Assembly: GCA_021202555.1 (NCBI GenBank)
Contig: JAJQCT010000008.1
Span: 12,286 to 76,285 of the forward strand
DNA length: 64,000 bases
Direction: 5' to 3'
Source: Clostridiales bacterium
GTDB lineage: Bacteria; Bacillota; Clostridia; Oscillospirales; CAG-272
Both the position numbers and the translations under genes were made by a program. Positions 25,103 to 34,001 of the stretch are shown one piece after another (within the stretch, counting starts at the first letter, position 1; each line of letters starts with the position of its first letter). The notes beneath the pieces were generated by a model. That model did not search any database. It was not told where the DNA came from and worked only from the letters and a program-made list of their open reading frames with translations.

Positions 25103-26892
25103 CTGAACTGTGAATTGTAAAGAGATGCGTAAAAGCCGCCGCTTGCAAGAAGCTCGTCGTGCGTACCCGCTTCCTCGATTATTCCGTCATGCACAACGAG
25201 AATGACATCCGCGTTTTGCACCGTCGAGAGCCTGTGGGCGATGATAAAGCTCGTCTTGCCTTCCATGAGCTTTTTCATTGCCGCCTGAATTTTGCGTTCG
25301 GTGCGCGAGTCTACGTTTGATGTCGCCTCATCGAGTATCAGAACGACACATTCGGGGAGCATTGCGCGCGCAATCGTGAAAAGCTGCTTCTGACCCTTCG
25401 ACAGATTGATTCCGTCCTCGGTGATTACGGTATCATACCCGTCGGGAAGCCCCTCGATAAAGCCGTCTATCATAGCGGCCCGTGCCGCCTCGACGACCTC
25501 TTCCCTGCTCGCGCCCTCCTTGCCGTATGCGATATTCTCGGCGACCGTACCGCCGAAAAGCCATGTATCCTGAAGCACCATCGTGTAGGCGGAGCGCAGG
25601 CTGTCGCGCGTGACACCGCGCACGTCGTGACCGTCAAATTTTATGCTTCCGCTGTCAATGTCGTAAAATCGCAGAAGCAGATTGATTATCGTCGTCTTTC
25701 CGCTGCCCGTAGGACCGACAATCGCGACGGTCTTTCCCTTGAGCGCCTCAAAGGAAATTCCGTGAAGTATTTCGCGTCCCTCCTCGTATGAGAAGCGGAC
25801 GTTTTCCGCCCTGACATTTCCGTCGGGAGAGTCGAGCAGATATGCGTCCTTTTCGTCGGGCAGCTCCGGCTCCTCGTCAATTATGCGGAACACGCGCTCC
25901 GCCGCTGACGCTGCCGACTGAAGCTCGCTTATTATGTTCGCCATTTCGTTTATCGGTCCCGAAAACTTGCGCGAATACATGATAAAGGTCGATATATTGC
26001 CAAGTGAAATGCTGCCCATGATGTAGAGAATCGAGCCGAACGCGCTGATAAACGAAAGAGAGAGATTGTTGATGAAATTGACAGTGGGTCCTATCATCGA
26101 GCCCTGATAATCGGCGTGATAATACGCCTCAACCGCCTCGTCGTTATAGCCGTCAAAGCGTTCTGACATCGTGTCCTCGCGGCGATACGCCTTTATCGTC
26201 CTGTGACCCGTCAGAATTTCCTCGGTGTAGCCGTTAAGCTCACCGAGCTTTGCGGAGCGGCGGCGGAAAAGGGGATGAATCTTCTTTGATTTATAGCACG
26301 TGAACACGATTGCCATCGGCACCGTCACGGCAAAAACCAGAACAAGCGGCGGGGAAATCATAATCATCATGATAAGCGCGCCTATTATCGTTATGACGCT
26401 CGAGCATATCTGAAGAATATCCGTTGAAATCGACGTATTTATCGTGTCGATGTCGTAGGATATGCGGCTGATTATATCTCCGGGCTGCGTTTTGTCGAAA
26501 TATTTGACGGGAAGCGTCATAAGCTTATTGAAAAGCTCCGAGCGAAGCCTTGCCGAAACGCGCCTTGAAAGAAACGTCATGACAACCGAAAGCACGTAGG
26601 ATAAAAGCGAGGAGAGCGCATAAAAGGCTGCCATAAGCCCGCAGTATAAAAATACGGTGTCAAAATCCACGTTCCCGGGTCCAAGCTCAATCGCGTCAAT
26701 CGCCTTTCCGGAAAGCTGCGGTCCCACAAGCGCAAGAAGGTTTGATACAATCATCAAAACAAACGCCGCAAAGAGCAAAAGCTTATATTCAAAAACGTAT
26801 TTGATAAGCCTCTTCAGTATATGAAGCTTGCTTTTTTTATTTTGAGGCACCGTCCCGGCTTCCGTCTTTTTTTCTTCAGTCAAGTATCGCAC
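25099..26892 (-). CDS. ABC exporter, fused permease/ATPase (type I MDR-like half transporter)
   Basis: 597 aa. 6 TM, Walker A GPTGSGKTT, signature LSKGQKQ, Walker B LILDEATS. Confidence 0.9.
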   Translation of the reverse strand: MRYLTEEKKTEAGTVPQNKKSKLHILKRLIKYVFEYKLLLFAAFVLMIVSNLLALVGPQLSGKAIDAIELGPGNVDFDTVFLYCGLMAAFYALSSLLSYVLSVVMTFLSRRVSARLRSELFNKLMTLPVKYFDKTQPGDIISRISYDIDTINTSISTDILQICSSVITIIGALIMMIMISPPLVLVFAVTVPMAIVFTCYKSKKIHPLFRRRSAKLGELNGYTEEILTGHRTIKAYRREDTMSERFDGYNDEAVEAYYHADYQGSMIGPTVNFINNLSLSFISAFGSILYIMGSISLGNISTFIMYSRKFSGPINEMANIISELQSAASAAERVFRIIDEEPELPDEKDAYLLDSPDGNVRAENVRFSYEEGREILHGISFEALKGKTVAIVGPTGSGKTTIINLLLRFYDIDSGSIKFDGHDVRGVTRDSLRSAYTMVLQDTWLFGGTVAENIAYGKEGASREEVVEAARAAMIDGFIEGLPDGYDTVITEDGINLSKGQKQLFTIARAMLPECVVLILDEATSNVDSRTERKIQAAMKKLMEGKTSFIIAHRLSTVQNADVILVVHDGIIEEAGTHDELLASGGFYASLYNSQFS

Positions 26893-28612
26893 CTCCCATC
26901 TGTGAATCCGCTATTTCGCGGTATATCTCGCAGCTTCCGTAAAGCTCATCGTGATTTCCCGACGCGATGACACGTCCCGAATCCATAACTAAAATCAAAT
27001 CAGACGACATAATCGAGCTGACGCGCTGCGCAACTATGATTTTCGTGCTGTCCTTTGCATATTCTGCAATGGCGGCGCGCAGATTCGCGTCCGTTTTGTA
27101 GTCGAGCGCGCTCGAGGAATCGTCAAGAATCAGAATCTCGGGCTTTGAGGCGAGCGCCCGCGAAAGCACAACTCTCTGCTTCTGACCGCCCGAAAGGTTC
27201 GCGCCCTTGATGTCAAGCTTGAAATCAAGCCCTTCTCCCTTGCTCTCGACAAATTCCTTTGCCTGCGCCGCAAAAATCGCCTCTTCCAGCTCCTCGTCGC
27301 TTATATCACGACCGAATCTGACGTTTTCGCGTATAGTTCCCGAAACGAGAAAATCGCTTTGAAGTGCGATGCCGAAGCGCGAGAGAAGCGTGTCGGGGTC
27401 CATGTATCTTATATCGACGCCGTCTATTTTTATTGTTCCCGAGTCGGGATCGTAAAACCGCATAAGCAGCGATATGAGCGTCGTCTTTCCGCTTCCCGTC
27501 GCGCCGATAATTCCGAGTGTGCCGCCGCGCCTGAGCTTAAAGCTGACGTTTTCAACATTGTTCGTGCGCCCCGCATATGAAAATGTCACGCCGTTAAATT
27601 CGATGTGGGGAGCGTTTTCATCAGGCTCGGGGCTTTCTTCTCCCTCATCTGGTGTCATCACCGCAAGCTCTGCGGGGCTGTCAAGCACCTCCGTAATTCT
27701 CTCCATCGACGCGGCGCATTTAGAATACGAGACAAAAATTCTCGTCACCGAAAGCATTGCGTTCAAAATATACGTAAAATACGAAATGAAAGCGATTATG
27801 ACGCCGACACCCGTGACGCCCGCGTTCACTCGGTACGCGCCGAGGGCGATAACGACTGTCAGTCCCGCATAGAGAAAGAAATTCATAAGCGGATTTGTCG
27901 ATGCGACGGCAATTCCCGCTTTTTCCTCGCTTTTCATAAGCTTGCGGTTCACTCCCGCAAAGCGCTTTTTTTCGTACTGCGTCTTGGAAAGCGCCTTTAT
28001 GACGCGGATTCCGCTTATATTTTCACGCACCGTGCGCACCATGTCATCCGTAGAGCTTTGCATATCAGTATAAAGCGGGATGCTCTTTTTCGAGATGAAA
28101 TATACAGACACTGTGATAAACGGCAGCGTTGCAGCAAGCACAAGGGTCAGCACGGGGTCCATCGTCGCCGTCAGAATAAGACCGCCGACGAGCAGAATCG
28201 GCGCGCGAACGCCCATACGCAGCATCTGGTTGGTGAAGTTGTGAACATTATACGTGTCTGTCGTGAGACGGGATTCAAGCGACGGAATCGTGAATTTATC
28301 CGTTTCTGCGCATGAAAGGTATATCGTCTTGACAAAAAGATCATGGCGAATTACCCGCACGGTATCGCTTGAAACGCGGGATGCACGTCTGTTCGCGATG
28401 ATGTTTCCGAGGACAGCCAAAACGGAGCATACCACCATAACAGCACCCCAGAATATGATAAGCTTCACATCCTTTTTTGGGGATACGTTGTCAATGATAT
28501 GCTCCAGTATGTACGGTATCAACAAATCAAAAACAGTTCCGATAAATTTAATTGTCAGCGCCAGAGTAATTTTTCCTCCGAACGGCGCCAGATAGCTGAA
28601 ATATTTTCTCAT
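26876..28612 (-). CDS. ABC exporter, fused permease/ATPase (heterodimer partner)
   Basis: 578 aa. Walker A GATGSGKTT, signature LSGGQKQR, Walker B LILDDSSS. It overlaps the downstream partner by 17 nt. Confidence 0.9.
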   Translation of the reverse strand: MRKYFSYLAPFGGKITLALTIKFIGTVFDLLIPYILEHIIDNVSPKKDVKLIIFWGAVMVVCSVLAVLGNIIANRRASRVSSDTVRVIRHDLFVKTIYLSCAETDKFTIPSLESRLTTDTYNVHNFTNQMLRMGVRAPILLVGGLILTATMDPVLTLVLAATLPFITVSVYFISKKSIPLYTDMQSSTDDMVRTVRENISGIRVIKALSKTQYEKKRFAGVNRKLMKSEEKAGIAVASTNPLMNFFLYAGLTVVIALGAYRVNAGVTGVGVIIAFISYFTYILNAMLSVTRIFVSYSKCAASMERITEVLDSPAELAVMTPDEGEESPEPDENAPHIEFNGVTFSYAGRTNNVENVSFKLRRGGTLGIIGATGSGKTTLISLLMRFYDPDSGTIKIDGVDIRYMDPDTLLSRFGIALQSDFLVSGTIRENVRFGRDISDEELEEAIFAAQAKEFVESKGEGLDFKLDIKGANLSGGQKQRVVLSRALASKPEILILDDSSSALDYKTDANLRAAIAEYAKDSTKIIVAQRVSSIMSSDLILVMDSGRVIASGNHDELYGSCEIYREIADSQMGGAILD

Positions 28613-28646
28613 CGGGGGGTCATCCTTCTTTCCTTTAACGAAGGAT

Positions 28647-28675
28647 ATTTTACGCCAAATTCACGCAAAAGTCAA
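28647..28675 (-). promoter_or_regulatory. sigma-A promoter for the ABC exporter pair
   Basis: On the minus strand this reads TTGACT (28675-28670), a 17-nt spacer, then TAAAAT (28652-28647). Confidence 0.6.
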
Positions 28676-28731
28676 GAGAAAATCAGCTTTGCAATGATTT
28701 TTTACATTCGACCCGTTTGTTAACGGTTCAT

Positions 28732-30000
28732 TCATTTTTGCTTTTTTGCCGCCGTTCCGCTCCCGCCGCCCGAAAAATCAAAATCCGAGTTCTGCGTGTA
28801 TCCGTCCATCTTCATCATGTTTTCAAGCACGGAAATATCGGCTGAGACATCGACAACCTCCGCCTCAAAGAGACTGTCGAGCATTTTGCGGAAGCCCTGC
28901 ACCGTCAGGTCGAGAGTATCCTCGATATTTTTCATTCCCTCGTCGATATTCTTCCCGCGGACGCCTAAATTTTCAAAATATGAATATGAGCCGAGCAGCT
29001 TCAGCGTCGTCGGCAGATAATAATCGAGGAATTTTGACACCTGCGGCTTGAGATTCGGCTTCGCCTCGACAACCTCGAAGATTTTGCGCGTCAGACTTTC
29101 GATTTCGTCTATTTTCGCCGACACGACGGGGTCCTTTATCTCATCGTTAAGCTCGCGGATTCGGCGCAGCGTCTTTTCGTTTTCGGAAATGTCGTCGGAT
29201 GATTCCGCCTGCTTATAATCCTCAGCCGCGTTGTCATATCCGCCGAGACTGCGGTATTCAGCCTCCGCCTCATCCCTCGCATCAGGCGTTAAAATGAGAT
29301 AGCCCATCTTTTTGTCGAGAATCGAATCCGAGGGGAGCATTCCTTTCGAGCGCATATAGTAAAGGTCCTTTATCGTTTTGTCGTATGACACGCCAGCATC
29401 ATCTGAAAGCTTTGAGATTTTGATAAAATCTACGCCGTTCATCATAGCGATATAGCCCATTATTCTGTAGTCGCGCTTATTTGTAATGAAATACGAAAGG
29501 GCACACGCGAGCGTCAGCACGGCAGATGCGGCGACGCCAAAAACACCGCCGCCGAAAATAATTCCCGAAAAGAGATTGTAAATCGTTAAAAACCCGCAAA
29601 CGGCGGTGCCGACCGCCGAAAGCGTCGTGGCGGAATTTTTGCGGAAGCGAAGAGATGAGCCGACGGGAGTTTTTTTCTTTTTTGGCGGCTCTGTCCGACC
29701 GCCGTTCTGATCGCCGCCTCCGGCGCCCTTGTAGCTGTACGTCGTTCCGTTCCAGTTGTAGCCGCTTTGATTTTCCGAATAACCGAAGTTTCCGTTCGCA
29801 CCTTCATTTTTGCCGTAGCTGCTTTCGGGATTCACAAACGGAGCGCTGTTGTCATGACCGCCTCTTTTTTTCTGACTTTCACCTATTATTTTGAGAATCG
29901 CCAGAAGAAAACCCACCGGCCAGAAAATCACAAATGCAATCACAATCATCCAGATTGGAATGTCGATGTCGAATCCTCCGCTTTTGTTGTATCTGCTCAT
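28732..30000 (-). CDS. membrane protein with C-terminal XpaC-like (5-bromo-4-chloroindolyl phosphate hydrolysis protein family) domain
   Basis: 422 aa. TM1, then a G/N/Y-rich low-complexity loop, two TMs, a helix-turn-like middle region, and a C-terminal FLDYYLPTTLKLLGSYSYFE...DISVLENMM region that I recognise as XpaC-family. GGGGGG RBS. It is the last gene of the MoxR operon. Confidence 0.55.
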   Translation of the reverse strand: MSRYNKSGGFDIDIPIWMIVIAFVIFWPVGFLLAILKIIGESQKKRGGHDNSAPFVNPESSYGKNEGANGNFGYSENQSGYNWNGTTYSYKGAGGGDQNGGRTEPPKKKKTPVGSSLRFRKNSATTLSAVGTAVCGFLTIYNLFSGIIFGGGVFGVAASAVLTLACALSYFITNKRDYRIMGYIAMMNGVDFIKISKLSDDAGVSYDKTIKDLYYMRSKGMLPSDSILDKKMGYLILTPDARDEAEAEYRSLGGYDNAAEDYKQAESSDDISENEKTLRRIRELNDEIKDPVVSAKIDEIESLTRKIFEVVEAKPNLKPQVSKFLDYYLPTTLKLLGSYSYFENLGVRGKNIDEGMKNIEDTLDLTVQGFRKMLDSLFEAEVVDVSADISVLENMMKMDGYTQNSDFDFSGGGSGTAAKKQK

Positions 30001-30010
30001 ATAGCCCCCC

Positions 30011-31441
30011 CTATTCGTTAAATTGCTTTTCTATAATCCCGCACATATCGGTCAGCACCCTGCGGCACGTATCGCCGTCAGGCTCAACCTCCGCGTAATC
30101 GACTGATTCAACCGCGTCCGTTATCTCCGTCACGTCATACTGCGAGCGCGCATGAATTCTCTCCCTCGCCTCCCGCGGGGTATATGACGGCACAACGCCG
30201 TAGCCCGCATCGCGCAGCGCCCCGCGCATGACGGAATACGCGAGCTTTATCTGCTCCGACGCCGTTTTTTTCACGTTAAGCTCCGCCAGAAAGTCCCGAT
30301 AGCTTCGACCCTTGTATGAAGATTCGGAGCGGCTCATGATTTTGTCGCTTTGCAGCCTGATTTCCTCGTCCTCGAAATTTTTGACTTCCCACTCCTGTTC
30401 CCTTTTCAAGCCGTTGAAATCGCGCACGTTTGTGATGAAAAGTATAATATCGGCGATAAGCTGCTTGAGCTTTTCTATAATTAGTTTCGTGTATTTGCTC
30501 CCGCGCGTTATCAGAAGCACGAGCGCCGCAATAAACATTATGACGCAGAGAATAATCATAAACCTGTCGCCGACCGACTGCGCCTCAAACGAAACGCCCG
30601 AAAAATCATCGGCGGCATCGGAGGTGTCGTAATATTTTTCCGCATCGTCGCTTCCCTGAAGCGCCATAACGGTTATATATACGAAAAGAAGCCTCGCGAA
30701 ATACGACACGCCCGTCACTATAATATCACAGAAAAGGAGCAGAAGCAAAAGCGCCAGCACAAGCAGCAGAACGAGCCGCAGGTTATAAATTCGCCCTTTG
30801 TGAGATACCGATGTGAGCGAATCCTTCACTCCCCTTGTGATATACGTCTGATTCATCACAAAAAATGCGATAACAGCGAAGGCGACGATTGAAAGGGAGA
30901 GCATTCCCGTAGGCACCGACATGAGAACGGAAAGCGCGAAAATGATGAGCGAAATTCCGAAATACGGTATTATGGTCTGCTCTGAAATGAGCCTTTCGGT
31001 CGGTATAAACCACGTGACAACGCCTACCATAATCATGACAAACACCATGAGGGCGCCGAGCAGAGGATAAATGGAATCAGCCGAATATGTCGTAACATAG
31101 CCGGTCTGATATGCCATAAGCGACAAATCGTCGAAAATCCCCTTTGAAAGCGCAGCGATTATCACTGCCGCTATCGTCGGCAGCGCCGCCTTCGCCACGG
31201 AAAATTTATCCTCGTTTTCGGAATACGAATACGACCTGCGGCGAGGCGCGGTTACAGCGCCGTAAAGCGTCTGCATTCCCGAGCCGAGCGCGGAAAGAAG
31301 CACCGCAAGCAGCCATAGAGCAGCCCAAGGAATATCAATCCAGTGATAGAAAAAGAGATAGCAAATCGGCGATATAAGCACGGAGACTGCAAGCGACGAC
31401 AAGAGCCTGTAAATTCCGTTCCATAAGCTTGTTTTTTGCAT
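30011..31441 (-). CDS. polytopic membrane protein with C-terminal DUF4129-like domain
   Basis: 476 aa. About 8 TM segments, then a cytoplasmic tail with YSVMRGALRDAGYGVVPSYTPREARERI (the DUF4129 TPxE signature). No transglutaminase Cys-His-Asp core is visible. Strong AAGGAGAGGAGG RBS. Confidence 0.55.
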   Translation of the reverse strand: MQKTSLWNGIYRLLSSLAVSVLISPICYLFFYHWIDIPWAALWLLAVLLSALGSGMQTLYGAVTAPRRRSYSYSENEDKFSVAKAALPTIAAVIIAALSKGIFDDLSLMAYQTGYVTTYSADSIYPLLGALMVFVMIMVGVVTWFIPTERLISEQTIIPYFGISLIIFALSVLMSVPTGMLSLSIVAFAVIAFFVMNQTYITRGVKDSLTSVSHKGRIYNLRLVLLLVLALLLLLLFCDIIVTGVSYFARLLFVYITVMALQGSDDAEKYYDTSDAADDFSGVSFEAQSVGDRFMIILCVIMFIAALVLLITRGSKYTKLIIEKLKQLIADIILFITNVRDFNGLKREQEWEVKNFEDEEIRLQSDKIMSRSESSYKGRSYRDFLAELNVKKTASEQIKLAYSVMRGALRDAGYGVVPSYTPREARERIHARSQYDVTEITDAVESVDYAEVEPDGDTCRRVLTDMCGIIEKQFNE

Positions 31442-31459
31442 CGTATTTCCTCCTCTCCT

Positions 31460-32668
31460 TCAGCTTTCGGTGTGCGTTTTGTAATACACCTCAACGTCAT
31501 TTGGTATATTTGCGGTATTTCTGTTCGTCGTCGTCACGTAAAAAATCACATTCACGCCGCACCGCTGCATTTCGTTGTGAAAAATTATCATTCTCTCGCT
31601 TATATACGAGGAAATGAATATGAGATTTCCCGATTCCGCGAAGGTTTTGTGATAAAGCAGCACATAATCGAGAAGCTTTTCTATGGGACACGACATCTCG
31701 ACCTTGATAGCCGCCAGAAGGCGCAGCGCCTCTATCATGTCGCGCTTTCCCTCATACGCTCCCGTGAAAAGAATGTCACGTCCGATCCCCTCGCTGTCGG
31801 CTGCAAGCCCTTCCCCGAGATATGCCGGAGGCGTGTTTGAAATAATCCTCACGGGCACGTTTTCCTGAGATATTCTGTCGAGTATCGACGCGGCAACGGT
31901 AATGCAAAGCTCTACGCTGTCGGGACTTGCGGGGTGACGCGAATCCTTTTCAATATCGCGGGAATTCATATTTATCATTATGTTGAAGCGATGGCGCTGC
32001 GTATACTCGGATTCGTTGACGAGAAGCCGCCCGTGAGCTGCCGTCTGCTTCCAGTTGATGCTGTTCATCGGATCGTACACCGTATATTCGCGGGTGCCGC
32101 GCCGCGTGAGCTGATCCGTCAGAAGGCTGTGATTTTTAATCACGTCGCCGCTGTGGTAATATGTCGAGGTAAAATGCTCCTCGAGATTTATCGCCTTTGG
32201 CAGAACGACGACAGTGTTCGCCCGCGACGGCTCGACGTGAAATCCCTGTGAGGCGGGATTCATTCCGAAAATGTCGTTTGCGACGACCGTCGCATCACCG
32301 ATGGAATAAACGCCACGCCGCTTGCAGTTCACGCGCCATCTGCGGCGCACCTTCTCGCGGCTTTTGAGGACAAAAACGCTTTGAATATGTTCTCTCAGCG
32401 AATCCCTCACCGTCCCGCGCGCGGCGTCATTTTCAGTTATGCGAAACGCAAGCCCCGAGGGAAGCGTCGTGTCGACCTTTGCATACGGCATAGGCACCAT
32501 CTTGTCGTTCGTTATCTCCTCAAAGACGTATATGTCCTCGCCCTCGAAAACCTCCTCCGATCCGACCGTCACGTTGTAGGTCAGATTTTCAAATATGTGC
32601 TTTTCGTAAATTTTGCGCTCGGCAAAATAAACGGCGACGACGGCGAGCAGAAGCGCGATATAAAGCAT
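31460..32668 (-). CDS. DUF58 domain protein (MoxR-associated, VWA-like)
   Basis: 402 aa counted from MLYIALLL (ATG at 32668, 2 nt after the moxR stop). N-terminal TM. RGTREYTVYDPMNSINWKQTA matches the DUF58 REY..GD..I.WK motif. Confidence 0.75.
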   Translation of the reverse strand: MLYIALLLAVVAVYFAERKIYEKHIFENLTYNVTVGSEEVFEGEDIYVFEEITNDKMVPMPYAKVDTTLPSGLAFRITENDAARGTVRDSLREHIQSVFVLKSREKVRRRWRVNCKRRGVYSIGDATVVANDIFGMNPASQGFHVEPSRANTVVVLPKAINLEEHFTSTYYHSGDVIKNHSLLTDQLTRRGTREYTVYDPMNSINWKQTAAHGRLLVNESEYTQRHRFNIMINMNSRDIEKDSRHPASPDSVELCITVAASILDRISQENVPVRIISNTPPAYLGEGLAADSEGIGRDILFTGAYEGKRDMIEALRLLAAIKVEMSCPIEKLLDYVLLYHKTFAESGNLIFISSYISERMIIFHNEMQRCGVNVIFYVTTTNRNTANIPNDVEVYYKTHTES

Positions 32669-32670
32669 GG

Positions 32671-33618
32671 TTATTTTACCGGAACGGGAACGGTATCCAC
32701 AATATAGCGGATTATGTTCTCGTTTGAATCGGAAAGGCGTATCGTATTCTGCGAATTGGAGATAATTCTGTGCGAAAGGACTGGGACAGCGACTGCCTTC
32801 ACGTCGTCCGGCAGCGCAAATTCGCGCCCGTCGAGCGCAGCCCATGCCTGCGCCGCACGCATAAGCGCGAGCGTTCCTCTCGGACTGACACCGAGACGCA
32901 CGCGGTCGGAGCTTCTCGTCGATGAGGCAATATCAACGATGTATCGGCGCATAAGCTCGCTTACCTTTATTTTGCGCACCGCTTCCGTCGCCGCGATTAT
33001 ATCCTCCTTTGAGCATACGGGCGAGAGGCTGTCAAGAGGCGAGACGTCGGCGTATTCGTCAAGCACCGCCGCCTCCGCTTCCTTCGGAGGGTAGCCGAGC
33101 TTGAGCTTCATGAAAAATCTGTCCGTCTGCGCCTCGGGAAGCGGAAATGTTCCCTGCGATTCTATCGGGTTCTGCGTCGCTATGACGAAAAACGGCGCTT
33201 CAAGCTTATACGTTTCACCGTCGATGGTCGCCTGCTGCTCGCCCATACATTCAAGAAGCGCTGACTGCGTTCTCGGCGTCGTGCGGTTTATCTCGTCGGC
33301 GATTATGATGTTTGTGAAAATAGGACCGCGCCTGAAAACAAACTCGTTTTCCTTCTGACTGTAGAAGTTTATTCCCGTGATGTCAGAGGGCAAAAGATCG
33401 GGGGTAAACTGTATTCTTTTGCAGTCGGCGGAAATCGATTTGGCAAGCGCCTTTGCAAGCGTTGTTTTTCCCGTTCCGGGAATGTCGTCAAGCAGTATAT
33501 GCCCGCCCGAGAGAAGCGCCGTCACGATATATTTTATTTCGGTTGTTTTGCCGAATATAACCCTGCCGACGTTTTCGATTATACTCTCCCCTGTTTTTTT
33601 GATGTCTGTAGCTTCCAT
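32671..33618 (-). CDS. MoxR-family AAA+ ATPase
   Basis: 315 aa. Walker A DDIPGTGKTTLAKA, Walker B IIADEINR, and PLPEAQTDRF sensor region typical of MoxR/RavA-like proteins. Confidence 0.92.
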   Translation of the reverse strand: MEATDIKKTGESIIENVGRVIFGKTTEIKYIVTALLSGGHILLDDIPGTGKTTLAKALAKSISADCKRIQFTPDLLPSDITGINFYSQKENEFVFRRGPIFTNIIIADEINRTTPRTQSALLECMGEQQATIDGETYKLEAPFFVIATQNPIESQGTFPLPEAQTDRFFMKLKLGYPPKEAEAAVLDEYADVSPLDSLSPVCSKEDIIAATEAVRKIKVSELMRRYIVDIASSTRSSDRVRLGVSPRGTLALMRAAQAWAALDGREFALPDDVKAVAVPVLSHRIISNSQNTIRLSDSNENIIRYIVDTVPVPVK

Positions 33619-33711
33619 GTCTTTTTCCTTTCGATATGTCGAAAAATAATATCAAAAATAAATATGCGTTCCGAAATTCAGCGACAAACCCTTGCTTTGC
33701 TGCTCAATGTT

Positions 33712-33720
33712 ATTATACCA
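33712..33720 (-). promoter_or_regulatory. extended -10 promoter box (proximal) for the MoxR operon
   Basis: TGGTATAAT on the minus strand, about 90 nt upstream of the moxR ATG. The surrounding 20 nt are duplicated at 33808-33829. Confidence 0.5.
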
Positions 33721-33783
33721 TAATCAAGCGGTGTACCGTGAATATATTTTCGCATCTATGATGCAAAAATATATTCATCAGAC

Positions 33784-33812
33784 TTGAGAAACAGTCTGTG
33801 ACTGTTTCTCAA
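33784..33812. repeat. 13-bp-arm perfect palindrome (TTGAGAAACAGTC-TGT-GACTGTTTCTCAA), copy A of a shared element
   Basis: Read directly from the sequence. It is the homologue of 52687-52715. Confidence 0.9.
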
Positions 33813-33818
33813 TGTCTT

Positions 33819-33847
33819 ATTATACCATATCGAATGTTAAACTGCAA
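33819..33847 (-). promoter_or_regulatory. extended -10 promoter (distal) for the MoxR operon, immediately upstream of a shared palindrome
   Basis: On the minus strand this reads TTGCAG (33847-33842), a 17-nt spacer, then TGG-TATAAT (33827-33819). The predicted TSS falls at the start of the palindrome 33812-33784. Confidence 0.5.
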
Positions 33848-33918
33848 ATATTTTTTAATGCAAAGCACCGCTTCACACGAATAATTTGTGCAGCCTGCGA
33901 TTTTGCGGGGCATTACGC

Positions 33919-33948
33919 TTGACATGGGGTTTTCAGTTAGTGTATAAT
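33919..33948 (+). promoter_or_regulatory. sigma-A promoter for the adh-aldh-GNAT-rqcH cluster
   Basis: TTGACA (33919-33924), 18-nt spacer, TATAAT (33943-33948). Confidence 0.6.
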
Positions 33949-34001
33949 AAAGCTGACAAAAATCATCGTTCAAAATATATGACACAAAAGGAGACCATGC
34001 C

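Noticed and set aside
33739-33812. Hairpin family as ends of an IS200/IS605-type element, a MITE or a REP/BIME system.
   Set aside because: There is no TnpA/TnpB or RAYT gene in 64 kb, no target-site duplications and no flanking repeated sequence beyond the promoter module. Copy number in the window is too low to call a mobile element. It remains open pending a genome-wide count.
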